From: the human T2T-CHM13v2.0 reference genome, Homo sapiens | Length of the DNA: 64,000 bases | Assembly: GCF_009914755.1 (NCBI RefSeq) | Contig: NC_060926.1 | Direction: 5' to 3' (one strand) | Position numbers and translations under genes: made by a program | Part shown: in pieces, positions 18,321-31,015 of the stretch | Position numbering within the stretch: the first letter of the stretch is position 1 | Layout: every line of letters begins with the position of its first letter | Notes under the pieces: generated by a model | What the model was told of the DNA's origin: nothing | Databases searched by the model: none | Seen by the model: the letters and a program-made list of their open reading frames with translations, nothing else

Positions 18321-19093
18321 ACCATCTGAAACTTCATCATCTGTGTAGAATTCAAAATCAGCTGCTATAGCTCCCACTAGCTCTGTAAAGGTGTTGTCCA
18401 GAGTTACTATCCTTTACTATGATATCCAAATCTTTGTTATATTTCACTGTTTTCATCTCATCATCTCCTCTTCTTGTGGATTTTGGCTCTTGTTTCATAA
18501 GGGGTTTTATGATTGTTGTGTTGTTAGTGAGTCCTGCTAATGGAGAACGTTAATAATATTGGTATAGTGTTTGCGATGCTGAGGGCAACAGATGCTATAC
18601 GTGACCTTAATTGAAGACATCAAACAGTTTATAAAATTTTCTTCTAGACCTGGTTAAATTTGTTTAGGATTTGCTCCCGATCTACATAGCACTGTGCTGT
18701 CTGACTCCTCTCCTCCTTTTCCCCCATAAGCTGCCTATTGTTTTTGGTTTATTCAAACTCAAATTTGCAGAGGTCTATCCAAATTCAGTGTTTATTATGA
18801 AACATTGTGTTATCTACATAACATTTTCCCCCAAGTCTGACAAATTCAAATGTTCTCCCAAACTCAGATCGAGATGTAGTCAGTACTTTGAAGTGCACAT
18901 CTTCCATCACAACTTCTGTCTGTAATCTATTCAGTTAGCGTAGGTGATAACAACCTGACATGATCCCCTACACTCTTGTAGCTCAACACTGTGTACAGAG
19001 GCAGCACATATTAAATTACAATCCTTAGTATGTATTGTATTTTCAAGGCCCATTCTAGCTATACATCTATTTCTTTTTAATCTCCTAACATTT

Positions 19094-19503
19094 TCTATTA
19101 CTCACGGTTCTCTAGTGGGACAGACTAAGTTTATTAAGTATTAACTCACATAATCACAGCATCCCACAATAGGCAGCCTGTAAGCTGAGGAGCAAGGAAA
19201 ACCAGTCCGAGTCCCAAAACTGAAGAACTCGGAGTCCCATGTTTGAGGGCAGGAAGCATCTGGCATGGGAGAAAGATGAAGGCTGGGAGGCTAGGCCAGT
19301 CTAGCCTTTTCACATTTTTCTGCCTGTTTAATATTCTCTGGCAGCTGATTAAATGTTGCACAGAGATTAAGCATGGGTCTGTCTTTCCCAGCCCACTGAC
19401 ACAAATGTTAATCTCCTTTGGCAACACCCTCACAGACACACCCAGGATCAATACTTTGCATCCTTCAATCCAATCAAGTTGACACTCTGTATTAACCATT
19501 ACA
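19094..19503 (-). mobile_element. HERV-L 3' LTR (MLT2A)
   Basis: Minus strand begins tgtaatggttaatacagagtgtcaacttgattggattgaaggatgcaaag (MLT2A start), directly after a purine-rich tract; ends ...ctagagaaccgtgagtaataga. Confidence 0.92.
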
Positions 19504-19969
19504 AGTCTACCCTTTGTCAACTTAAACCCATACACATCTCCTGAGAAAATACATCATCTTCAAATAAAGACTATAATAAAGTCATGATTACGCCTAACAG
19601 AATACAACTATCCTTTATACAACCAGAAATGCATCAATCCCCAACCCACATGCTATTACATAAGGTTAACAATACTTAAATGAAGTCAATATATCTTATG
19701 TCACATGATAAAGGAAAAAGGAAATAAAATGAAGATATTTTCTTAGAACAAGTGTATACATTCACAAACATGTTTTTAGCAAAATAAAGAGGAAATACTC
19801 ATGACAATTACAGTCCTCATTTCTGCAGCTAGTTATGTGGTCATCGCTGGTATTGATGACTACCTTCTTCTACTACCCATTCTATATTTCCTTTGCCTTC
19901 AGCAGGCATCTCAGCAAGTTTATTTTTTTCCTTTTTTTTTCCTTTTTTTTTTTTTCCTGGTAGAGTGAA

Positions 19970-20423
19970 CTAAACCTTCATTCCTGAAGGGTCTTGGCCA
20001 TTTGTAGTCCTGCCTGGATTGAGCTGTTGTAGTTTCCCATTGACCTTAATCACAGGGCACGGTAATACCAAGAGACGCCCTAATGGATCTCGTGTATTCC
20101 ATGCATACTCTTCCTTACCTCCATTGTGGAGTAGTAGACTGATTTCATCTTGATATTCCTGGTCAATCACCCCAGCCAACACTGTAACTCACTTCTTAGC
20201 CTGTTGATTTAAAGGTAGGAGAAGCCCAAGGAGTCCAGGTGGCAATCTTAATTTCCTGTTTAGTGGAATTGTTGTTGTGTCTCCATTCCTCCCACTGGAG
20301 TGTTCCTCCCTCTGGAACTAAGACCTCTAGGCCAGCAGAATGTAATGCCACAGGAATAGGAAGCAAAAATTTTGCTAGTGGATCACTATGGGTGATGGTG
20401 AATGGTGCCACTTCCACTTTCAC
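19970..20423 (-). pseudogene. HERV-L dUTPase remnant, downstream of integrase
   Basis: LAGVIDQEYQDEISLLLHN contains the dUTPase motif 3 (GVID.xY); a dUTPase after IN is an ERV-L hallmark; reading frame broken. Confidence 0.85.
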
Positions 20424-20429
20424 CTCTTG

Positions 20430-21545
20430 ATTCCTGGACCCATGAATCCTGGCTAAACAGTACTATATACAGGGAGCTGATTCAGAGCCTACATGGCCTT
20501 CTGGAAAATTTTTCCTCAGCCGTGCAAAGTACTCTCACCTAGTTGGCATTGGAATTGTGATTTCAAAAGGCCATTCCACAATTCTATCATTCCAGCTGCT
20601 TCAGGATGATGGAGAACATGGTAAGATCAGTGAATTCTATAAGCATGAGCCTACTGCCACACTTCTTTAGCCATAAAGTGAGGGCCTTGGTCAGAGGCAT
20701 TGCTGTGTGGAATACCATGACGATGGATAAGGCAGTCCATGAATCCACAGATGAATCCACAGAAGCATTGCATGCAGGATAGGCAAACCCATATCCAGAG
20801 TAAGTGTCTGTTCCAGTGAGGACAAACTTCTTCCTTTTCCATGATGAATGAGGTACAGTATAATCAACCTGCCACCAGGTAGCTGGCGGATCTCACCAAG
20901 GTATGGTGCCATATCGAGGGTTCACTGTTGGTCTCTACTGCTGGCAAATTATGCACTCAGCAGTGGCTGTAGCCAGGTCAGCCTTAGTGAGTGGATGTCT
21001 ATGTTGCTGAGCCCATGTGTAATCTCCATCCCGGCCACCATGGCCCCTTTGCTTATTGCCCCACTGGGCAATGACAGGGGTGGCTGGGGAAAGACAGTGA
21101 GTGGTATCCACAGAATGGGTCACACTGTCCATTTGATTATTAAAATCCTCCTCTGCTGAGGTCACCCTTTGGTGAGGACTCACATGGGATACAAATATCT
21201 TCACAGTTTTTGACCACTCAGAGAGGTCTATCCACACACTTCTTCCCCAAATTTCTTTGTCACCAATTTTCCAGTCAGGCTCCTTCCAAGTCCCTGACAA
21301 CCCAGCCAAACCACTGGCTTCAGCCCATGAATTAGTATATATACGCACATCTGGCCATTTCTCCTTCCACGCAAAGTGCACAACCAGGTGCACTGCTTGA
21401 AGTTCTGCCCACTGGGAAGATTTTCATTCACTGCTATCCTTCAGGGATGTCCTAGAAAGGGGCTTTAGTGCTGCAGCTGTCCACTTTTGGGTGGTGCCTG
21501 CATATTGTGCAGAACCATCTGTGAACCAGGCCCTAGTCTTCTCTT
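20430..21545 (-). pseudogene. HERV-L RNase H and integrase remnants
   Basis: IYTNSWA...HVSPHQ (RNase H); H..GGRD...CIIC zinc-binding region and HGIPHSNASDQGPHF (integrase core). Confidence 0.85.
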
Positions 21546-21912
21546 TCTTTGTTAACTGACCATAGGGAACTCCTCATGAGGCCATTGGTGCAGGCTGGGA
21601 AGAGGAGGCAGGGTGGCCGGACTGGAGACCATGGACATTTTAGCCACTTCCTCATGTAACTTACTTGTGCCTTCAGGACTTGCTCAAGCCTGATCACATA
21701 CATACCTTTTCCATTTGATGATGGAATGCTGCTGCGCACAACCCACTTTATGGCTAGATGGGTCAGAAAGCACCTAGTTCATGATAGGCAGTTCAGGTCA
21801 TATGGTGACTTGAGGACCCATAGTCAAGTGTTCAGTGTACACCAAAGCCCAGTAACAGGCAAAGAGCTGTCTTTTCAAGGGAGAGCACTTATCTGACAAA
21901 GATGGCAGGGCC

Positions 21913-22900
21913 TTGTTCCAAAATCCTAGAGGCCACCACTGTGATACACCTATGGGGGCCTGCCACAAGCTTCAAACAGCATCCTTATCTGCCACTGACA
22001 TCTCAATCACCATTGGATCTGCTGGGTCATATACCCCAAGTGGCAGAGAAGCTTGCACAGTAGCCTGGACCTGTTGCAGAGCCTTCTCCTGTTCTAGACT
22101 GCACTCAAACTGGCAGCCTTTTGGGTCACTCAGTAAATAGGTGTGAGTAACAAACCCAGTGAGAAATGTGTTGCCTCCAAAATCCATAGGCCCACTAGGC
22201 GTTGTGCCTCTTTCTTGGCTGTAGGTGGGGCCAAGAGCAGCAACTTATCCTTCACCTTAGAAGGAATATCTCAACAGGCTCCACACCATTGGATCCCTAG
22301 AAATTTTACAGAGGTATAAGGTCCTTGAATTTTAATCGGATTTATTTCCCATACTCTGGCACACAAATGTCTCACCAATAAGTCCAGTGTGTTTGCTACT
22401 TCTTGGTCACTGGATCCAATCTGCATAATGTCATCAATGTAATGGAACAGTGTGATATCTTGAGGAAGGGAAAAATTAACCAAGGTCTCTCTGAATAAGA
22501 TTATGACACAAAGTGGTAGAGCTGATATACCCCTGAGGTAGGACAGTAAAGGTATATTGCTGGCCTTGCCAGCTGAAGGCGAATTGCTTCTGGTGGGCCT
22601 TATGGACAGGAATGAAGAAAAAGGCATTTGCCAAGTCAATGGCTGCATACCAGCTACCAGGAGATGTGTTAACTTGCTCAAGCAATGAAACCACATCTGG
22701 TATAGCAGCTGCAATTGGAGTCACCATTTGGTTAAGCTTATGATAATGCACTGTCATTCTCCAAGAACCATCTGTCTTCTGCACAGGCCAAAGGGGAGAG
22801 TTGAACAGGGATGTGGTGGGAATCACCACCCCTGCATCTTTCAAGTCCTTGATGGTGGCACTAATCTCCACAATCCCTCCAGGGGTGCGATATTATTTTG
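21913..22900 (-). pseudogene. HERV-L reverse transcriptase remnant (frameshifted)
   Basis: [27 protein letters not shown] and [10 protein letters not shown] in one frame; FHYIDDIM and VKFLG in another. Confidence 0.92.
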
Positions 22901-22940
22901 GATTTACTATTCTTCTAGTTAAAGGCAGCTCTAATGGCTT

Positions 22941-23260
22941 TCATTCTGGTGGCTTTCCCACCATAATAGCCCTCACCCTACTAGTCAGGGAGCCAATGTG
23001 GGGATTCTGCCAGCTGCTAAGTATGCCTATGCCAATTATGCATTCTGGCACTGGGTAAATGACCACAGGATGAGTCCCTGAACCCACTGGACCCACTGTA
23101 AGTTGGATCTGAGCTAAAACTCCATTAATTACCTGACCTCCATAAGCCTCTACTTTAACTGGAGGACCACAATGATGTTTTGTGTCCTCTGGAATCAACA
23201 TTAGCTCAGAGCCAGTGTCCAGTAGTCCCTGAAATGTCTGATCATTTCTCTTTCACCTGT
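22941..23260 (-). pseudogene. HERV-L aspartic protease remnant
   Basis: Translates TFQGLLDTGSELMLIP and later ECIIGIGIL (retropepsin DTG and IIG motifs). Confidence 0.85.
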
Positions 23261-24425
23261 GAAGAGTTACCCTGGTAAAAGGCCAGAGGTCTCTTTGGGG
23301 AAGCAGGGGAGAAAGATTAACAGTATACATCATTGGTAAGGCAGTGGGGTCCTTCCTCAAGGGGACCCGGTCTCCCTTTCATTCAATGGGTTCTGGGTCA
23401 GTAAACTGGCTCCAGTCTGGAAATTGATTGAGGGGCTGTGATTCTCTGTTTTTTATAATTAAAATTAGTCTTTTGTCCATTCTACCTGGAAGTTTTCTGC
23501 TTATATAAATTAAGTAGGAATGTAGTAGGCTTCCTATCAATTTCACTTCTAGGAACACTGTGATTAATTAGCCAATGCCAGAGCTCTACATGAGTCACAC
23601 TATTCTGATTGCTGTTTTGCTTCTGCTGTCCTTTACAGTAGCTATGACCACCTTGCCTTTGATGGTTGATTGCTGCCACTTGGCCCCTGCCACCTCGGGA
23701 TCCAATGATTCCAATTGTATTTAAATTTTGTAGTTGAGTGACTGTGGTTCCCACTGTTAGATATGACATACAGAGAAGAGCAGTTACAACACTCTTCAAA
23801 AATCTAGGTTCTGCCCTCACAAATCTATTTCACAAGACATTGGTCAAGGGTATATCTTCTGCACCCTCCCAGCTGGGATGAGTAGGTCTAAAGTGACTAA
23901 CTCACTCCATCATCCCAATCTCCCTAAGCCTTTGGATCCCTTCCTCCACATTAACCCAAAGGAGATCAGGCATTTCCAGCTTGCTCACAGGGGCCATCTT
24001 TTAATCCATATTTCAGCTAACCAAGCAAATAAACTATTAGAACCTTTTTTGACTCCTCAAGCTGCAACATTAAAAGCAGAGTCCCTACTTAGTGGGCCCA
24101 AATCAATAAATTCAGCCTGATCCAACTCTATGTTCCTTACACCATTATCCCACACCCTTAATATCCATTCCCATGCCTGTTCTCCAGATTTCTGTTTACA
24201 TAAATTAAAAACTCAAAGAGTTCTTTTCGAGTGTAGCAAACCTCCTCATGGGTCACACTCTCAACCTCACCTCTAGGGGCCCATAGGGACTTTAGTCCAG
24301 TTATAGGTCTAGAAGCAAATGGAATGTTGGGGGTGACTACTGAGGAGAATCAACATTATCTTGCCTGGCAACTGCCTTAGGGGAGGCCATCACTGTTGCC
24401 TCAGGCAGTGCAGGGTTTTTTTCCT

Positions 24426-24516
24426 CTCCTTTGGCAACACCCTCATAAACACATCCAGCATCAATACTTTGCATCCTTCAATCCAATCAAGTTGACACTC
24501 AGTATTAATCATCACA
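24426..24516 (-). mobile_element. HERV-L 5' LTR remnant (first ~90 bp of MLT2A)
   Basis: Direct repeat of 19413-19503 with 7 mismatches by eye; flanks cattt and tattt form a 4/5 match to a 5-bp TSD. Confidence 0.9.
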
Positions 24517-25285
24517 TATTTATTATGGTTACTATGCTGCCAGGATATATTTTACCAGAATGCCAGCTACTTAAAACAAACAAAAAAACAAGCAAGAAAG
24601 CAAACAAACAAACAAAAAACCCGGCACCTTTATAGTTGTTTTGTTTGGCAATGACCTTGTGTTTCTGAACCAGGAAATTGAGTATGAGGAGAGAAATTAA
24701 AGGTGTTCCTGACAACTTTCGAGAAAACAGGGGTGCTTCTTTCTCAATTATACCAAGACAGGGCTATCAACTGTTTGTTTCAGTGTAGTTTTATCAGTCT
24801 TAATGTTCCTAAATATGTTGTCCAGATTTTGACAATAGAGTGACAGGCAGCTATAGTTTTTAGGATTGTTATGAGTTTCTATTTTCCTGTATCTTATATA
24901 TTTTAGTGGGTTACATCCAGATGGTCAGCTAGAAGAGCTTATTTTAAATTAAAACTTCAATTTTTCACCTTTTTGAATGAGTATTTAATTACCCATGGAG
25001 ATTTCTTTTTCTTTCCTGTATTTATTTCTATTCTATTTTCCAAACTTAATACTTTTCTCAGCAAGATGTAAAAGTTAAAATATGTAGTTTCTATATGTAG
25101 CACATGTACAAACTAGAAAGAGAGAGAGGAGAGACAATCACAAAAGTTGTATTTTTTTAGTTGGTGATATGTGCTAAGAATAGGGCTATATGAGTTACTT
25201 TGTTTCATTCTCATTCATTTCACCATAGAGTTAGGTGATATTAGCTCTCTATCACATTGAAGAAACTAAGGCTCAAAGAGATTAA

Positions 25286-25637
<352 letters not shown>

Positions 25638-27559
25638 TTCACACCATTATTTATTAGTTCAAATTTGGCCTGGGAGTGCTCTAATAAAATAGATCACATA
25701 TTATTTAGCATCCATTCATTTCTAACCCAAGGCTCTCAGTTCCAGATTTCAAATGAATTGTTTAAAATAAGAAAACAAAACAAAGCATTCTCTGCTCTCA
25801 GTTTCAGATTTTAAGTAAATTGTTTAACAAGAAAAAAACAAAAACATTCCTTCTTTCTAATACTTTTGCTTTAATTTAGAGAGACTGTCTTCCTTATTTT
25901 GTGATAGGGACCCATGCATGACATGTAAATAGCTATATAAAAATAATTCTACACTCCATATTGAAAATAAATGTTCACAATATCTGTGAAACTATGTAAG
26001 AGTCCTGCTGCATCCTAGGTTGTAAAATTTAGGATTCTCATTTCTTAGTCCATCAATGAATCTCTTGGTTATGGACTGAACATCTAACTGGCAAGTTTAT
26101 AAAAGGACCCCAATACTCAAGAAGCTTACAAATCTAATAGGAGAATAATTCCCCCATCTCCATCATAAAGAAAAGCACACTTATAGTCTCAATAGCCCTG
26201 ACTTCCTCAGGGATTTCCTTGAAAAAAACTGACTATGGGAAGCTTTGGAGGAGGCCCACCTGTGCTTCGAGTGAAAGGAAAGAACCTGTTGAAACTGAAA
26301 GACAAGAGGCAGGAGCATGTGTGTAAAAAGTTTCAGAGAAGAACTAGAGTCAGTAGAAGAGGAACTCACTGTGAATCAACTCAATAGAGAAAGCTTGGCC
26401 AGAGTAGTCTTGATGGCCTCAAGATTAAAACGAATAAGTGGATTGAGTCCTTCTAATGGACAACTTTGAAGGCAACAGTCTGGAATTTATCCATGATCTA
26501 GAGGGCAATGGATACCATTCCTGAACTTAACAAATGGGTTCTTTCACAGACAATGTGGTGACTATGCAGGGCTGTTCTATGACACGTGTACTCCTGGAAT
26601 GCTAGCAGCCAGCAAAAGGGAGGAGAAACAAACAGGCAACTAAATTCAATGAGGAAAGGAAAGCAGTCCATTTCATGTCATTGATTTCTACAGTTTGTTC
26701 ACCTGTTTGTTGAGGGTTGTTTCATTTACTTGCTATTCCTTTTTTTCACTGCTCAGCACTTCTCTCAAGTACTGCTTAGTTATTGACTGAGTGTGACACT
26801 TTCTGTGTAAGTTAGGCAATTGGGGAAGAAGGGGTATGTAGTGAAGGACAGTAGGCACTGTTTAGTAAGTTATTCTACTCGTGCATAAAAAATTCATTGA
26901 CCAGAAAGGGTTAATGCCCCTCCAAATGGCTTAACTTAATCCCCAAGTGCAATTGGCTCATTTGAAGGATCTGGCCCATTGAGTGCGTGTTAGCCTAGAA
27001 GCTGATACACCTCTTCACCAAGTCCGGTGCAGTGAGGTTAAACCCAAAGGCATGCAATAGGTCAGTAGCAGAGTCAGGAATAAAATCTCAGCCATCTGAA
27101 CCCTTTAAAGTGCTCTCTTCACACGACTAGGCTTTATTCTCTTATGAGGTACGAGTAGAAAATATAAGAGGAGGGAAAAATTAAGGCATAAAATTAAAAA
27201 AAAAAAATTGCAGTAGATATTTTCAGACCTGTAGGAGGAAGAAATATGGAAACAGATGAAATAAACTTCAAGTACAAGTTAAGCAAATGCTTTATAAATA
27301 CTTAAAATGCATCAGAAAAGGCCAAACAACCCTGTTTTGGGATTGTGCAAGGAATACAGTTATGCCCTATAATGTGAACATAGCTCCTTCTCTTTTAGTC
27401 GACTTGAGATATATTGAAATTAACATTGTTTCTGAATTACATATAAAATACACATACTGGAAAGATGTATGAAAACAGAAATTTTGAAAAATAAAAATAA
27501 TGGTTATGAAGAAGAGAACTAAAAATTCAAAGAATTGTGCCTTTTATATGCCATAAAGG

Positions 27560-27815
27560 TGGTATAGTGGAGACGTTAAAAGCTCAGGATAGAGAACCAA
27601 AAGCCAGAGCTTGCATTCCCACTCTGTTGCTTTTAGTAGTGGTGATCAAAAAGTCATTCAATCTTTTATGCCTCAGGTTCTTTATTTGGAAAAATGGGAA
27701 TAATAATAAAAGTAGTTACTTCACAGTGTTCCTTGAGATTTAAATGAGATAGTGCATATAAGGTACTTAGGACAGTTCCTAATATGTGGTAAACCCACCA
27801 TACATGTTAGCTCTT
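27560..27815 (+). mobile_element. MIR
   Basis: tgcctcaggttctttatttggaaaaatgggaataataa...gagatttaaatgagatagtgcatataaggtacttag. Confidence 0.8.
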
Positions 27816-28294
27816 ATTCTAGTTTACCATGGGGCTATCTAAATTGGAATCATCGTGAATGGAGGACATGTGTAGGTCTATGGGGACACGTTACTACATT
27901 GCCTAGCAGATCAGTTCTCTCTTCTATCTCAGATTGTAAAATTGTGTAATTAAGGGACCAGTTATGTGGTAAAAATGGGAAAAATTAGACTTTTAGGAGA
28001 TGTGATTTTTAGACCAAAGCTTTGTCCATGGGCAATATGGATTGAGAACTCATGACTTTGATCCTTAAAAATATTTAATCAAAAGATAATGGAAGTCAAA
28101 CATTTCTTTTTCTTCAAAAAGATTTCTGGATCCAGATTATCCATGTAACTGCGCACACTCTCTATTTTGATGCTACAGTTTTATTTAAGGCATTATCCCA
28201 CATAGCAATTATGAAAGAGAATGCTCTAACTCTTACAGTCTCTGTGGGCACGGTTTCTTGTTACTCAGACTTTTGACCAATAACCTTGCTTTAT

Positions 28295-28445
28295 CCTAGA
28301 TCAATAGTCCATGAAGCCGACTAAAACCCTAGACAAAATTATATGTGTTTGTGTATGTATGTTCACGCATTTCTTTGGGAAGAGGGTATATACAGTTTGT
28401 CAGATCCTTGAAATATTTAATGACATCAAAAAAGTTAAGAGCCCT
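28295..28445. mobile_element. hAT-Charlie relic (MER103-like)
   Basis: catttctttgggaagagggtatatacagtttgtcagatccttgaaa...aaaaaagttaagagcc. Confidence 0.45.
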
Positions 28446-29364
28446 TACCTATTTGGGTCTTCATTTTTAACCCAATTTTTTTTAATCCAATTTCCATTTT
28501 GCCCTTTAAATGACTTCTGTTAATGGCCCCATGATAAGGTCTAGTCTATTCTCTGTCACTGTACACTTGGTTCTCTTATTCCTGGTTTCTTGTCTTATCC
28601 CATAACCTTAGCTAGCCAAGGCCTGTTACTGATAGGATTTTTCTTTTCTGATATTTGACTGCACAGCTTCTGTAGCTACACAGGTATTAGGCTTTCAGAC
28701 GGAGGAAAGAAACAAAGCAAGGGCTTTCTTCACTTCAGGGAGTTAAAAGATAGATTCCAAAAGACAAAAGATGAGGACTGAATTGCACTGAATCACATCC
28801 TGCGTGATACTGATATTGAACTTTTTATGGGTCTATGTCATAATGCCCATATTTTTCATGACAGAGAAGATATAGTTTAGATGATATAGTACAGACAATT
28901 TATAATCCCCCACAATATCTAGAATTTTCTGTGTATAGGAAACATGTAAACACTGGGGGGATTAATTTGGTAATATTCACCCCCTTTATTTTTTTCCCTT
29001 TTTTGTCTTTACCTTTCTCTGCTAATTCTTATTAATAACATTCATGTGAATACTGATATTTTCTGAAATAATCATAGAAATGATGGCAATTTTCTTTTTT
29101 CTTCCTCCTAGGAACATTCATTTTTCTTCTGACAATGCCTGAGTTATTATTGCTTAGAATTTTGTTGTACTGTGGCCAATCTGAAAGGCACTTTTCTAGG
29201 ATCTACTTTACAAAGAAGTAGTCAGAGAACTTAAAATCTAGTGGTCACTTTCACTGGCTTGCTAGTTTTCAGTAATGGAAAACACTTACTGTTTTTTCCT
29301 CACACTTCCAAGTAAAGAAGCCTTTAGGCTTCTCGGCCAGGGAAAATTCTACATTTTCACTCCC

Positions 29365-29522
29365 ACCCCAGTCATTTGGCAATAGTTAGATACATTTTGG
29401 TTGTCACAACTAATAGGGGTGAGACTAATATTTCCTGGGTAGATACAACGCATAGGACAGCTTCCTACAACAAGGAATTATCCAGTGTAAAACGTCAATA
29501 GTGCTGCAGTTGAGAAACTCTG
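29365..29522 (+). mobile_element. MER20 (hAT-Charlie) partial
   Basis: catttggcaat...cattttggttgtcacaact...acaacaaggaattatccag...gtcaatagtgctgcagttgagaaactctg. Confidence 0.85.
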
Positions 29523-30689
29523 CCCAAGAGTGATGTCTTCAGTATCACTCACTACATCTTACATTCTCTTTCCTGGAGAAAAGGAGCAGCTTATTTCGTT
29601 TGCAAGTATAAACCAGACATGCCTGCCGCAGCCTGTCCTTTTGCTTTTCTTTCTGGAATCTGACAGCCTACAGAGTAGGTGGATTTCCACCTGCTGTCAG
29701 CCATGTGATAAAGTTGGTAGAGCAGGCTGTGCTCCTACCACTGCAGGACTGCAGGGGGTTTGTTTGTTGTCTGTTCGGTGGTAATGGGAAGGGGGGTGAC
29801 TTCAATTCAGAGGAGCCTTAGCAAGCCTATTAGGACTTATCTAAGCTATGTCCTTCACTATTGCTTTTATCAGTAATAAAGCTGACATTTTGATCTCTAA
29901 CTGTCTGACTCCTGTATCATTCTCTAAATTGGTTCTGATCTCAGGTTGGGAACAGTGGTGTTATTTTTGACCCCCTAAAACCCAAAATCTGTTACTGTCT
30001 GATGGTTCAGGATCTTAATGGCTTACCTCCAGGATTCTTGCCCTTTTATGTCAAAGGATCTCACTCAGACAAAGACTGCCAAAATACGATGCTAACTAAT
30101 TAATATAAGACCCACACATATGAGGGCTGAAATTATCAAAATAAAAATACTAGATATCAATTAAGCCTTCTTTTTTGAACATCATATTTTGCTTTTTGTA
30201 GGTAACATAAAATAAAATGTATTATAAAGATGTCCCTATGCGATTTTTTTCCTAAAAATGGCAGTGAATTCCTTACTTAGAAAGTATCAAAAATCTTGAT
30301 ATAACTGTAGGCATTTTCTATCCATCTTCAAGAATTTTATTCACTGGTAATAGATGTACAAGATATAGTGAATCTTGAGTAATAAGGAGCAAGGCAAAAG
30401 CGAACATTTAGGTTTTGTAAAAGATGAAGGTGAGTTAAAGTTGTTCAATAAGATAATGTGGTCCTAACATGAAATAGAGTCTACAAGGTACTGTCATAAA
30501 GTAATGAGATTGATTGCCTAAATCCACACATAAAACCTAGCTCCCTGGTTTTTGTTACACCCATGTGTGAGAAGAGTATGTTGTTCTTATGACATTGTAG
30601 AGGGCAATGCTATTTTAAGTGATGGGAAAAGGAAGGATGTTGTTTACAGTGTCGACTACCCTGCAACTTTCTCAAAACATGCTCTGTTA

Positions 30690-31015
30690 GTCAGGAGAGA
30701 CAGTACAACTAAGTCGTTTTGGGCTCATGCTACATGCCCAGTGCAGTTCTCAGGGATCCCCGTGTTCCTTGCCGTTATGCAGAGACACAGGCTGTCAGAG
30801 ATTCACCTTCACAACCTTGACAACAGAAGTCAGAGAAGATGGAAAGTCACCTACTGGTTCTTAACCCTTTTCCTCAAGTGAGATATATGTCACTGCTGGC
30901 CTAAGCAAGTCAGTGACCACATCTAACTTCAAAGATGGTAGTAATCTCACCATGTACCTGGAAGGAAAGGAAAACTGAAAAGTTACGAATATTGCGAATA
31001 GTTCTACTGATTACT
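30690..31015. mobile_element. Old MaLR LTR (MLT1J/K/L-like)
   Basis: ggcctaagcaagtcagtgaccacatctaacttcaaag...ctcaccatgtacctggaagg. Confidence 0.55.

Larger units (their letters stand above)
19504..24420 (-). mobile_element. HERV-L internal region (partial gag, pro, pol, dut; no env), defective
   Basis: ORF fragments in ERVL order on the minus strand: gag (~23480-24420), protease GLLDTGS (~23210-23230), RT LPQGY/HYIDD, RNase H, integrase, dUTPase. Many stops and frameshifts. Confidence 0.95.

Noticed and set aside
20739-20762. 12-bp tandem duplication atgaatccacag in HERV-L integrase
   Set aside because: Ordinary slippage mutation in a dead provirus
19970-23820. RT, integrase and dUTPase cluster as a novel retroelement or defence system
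   Set aside because: Order, motifs and MLT2A LTRs match the well-known HERV-L family; frames are broken
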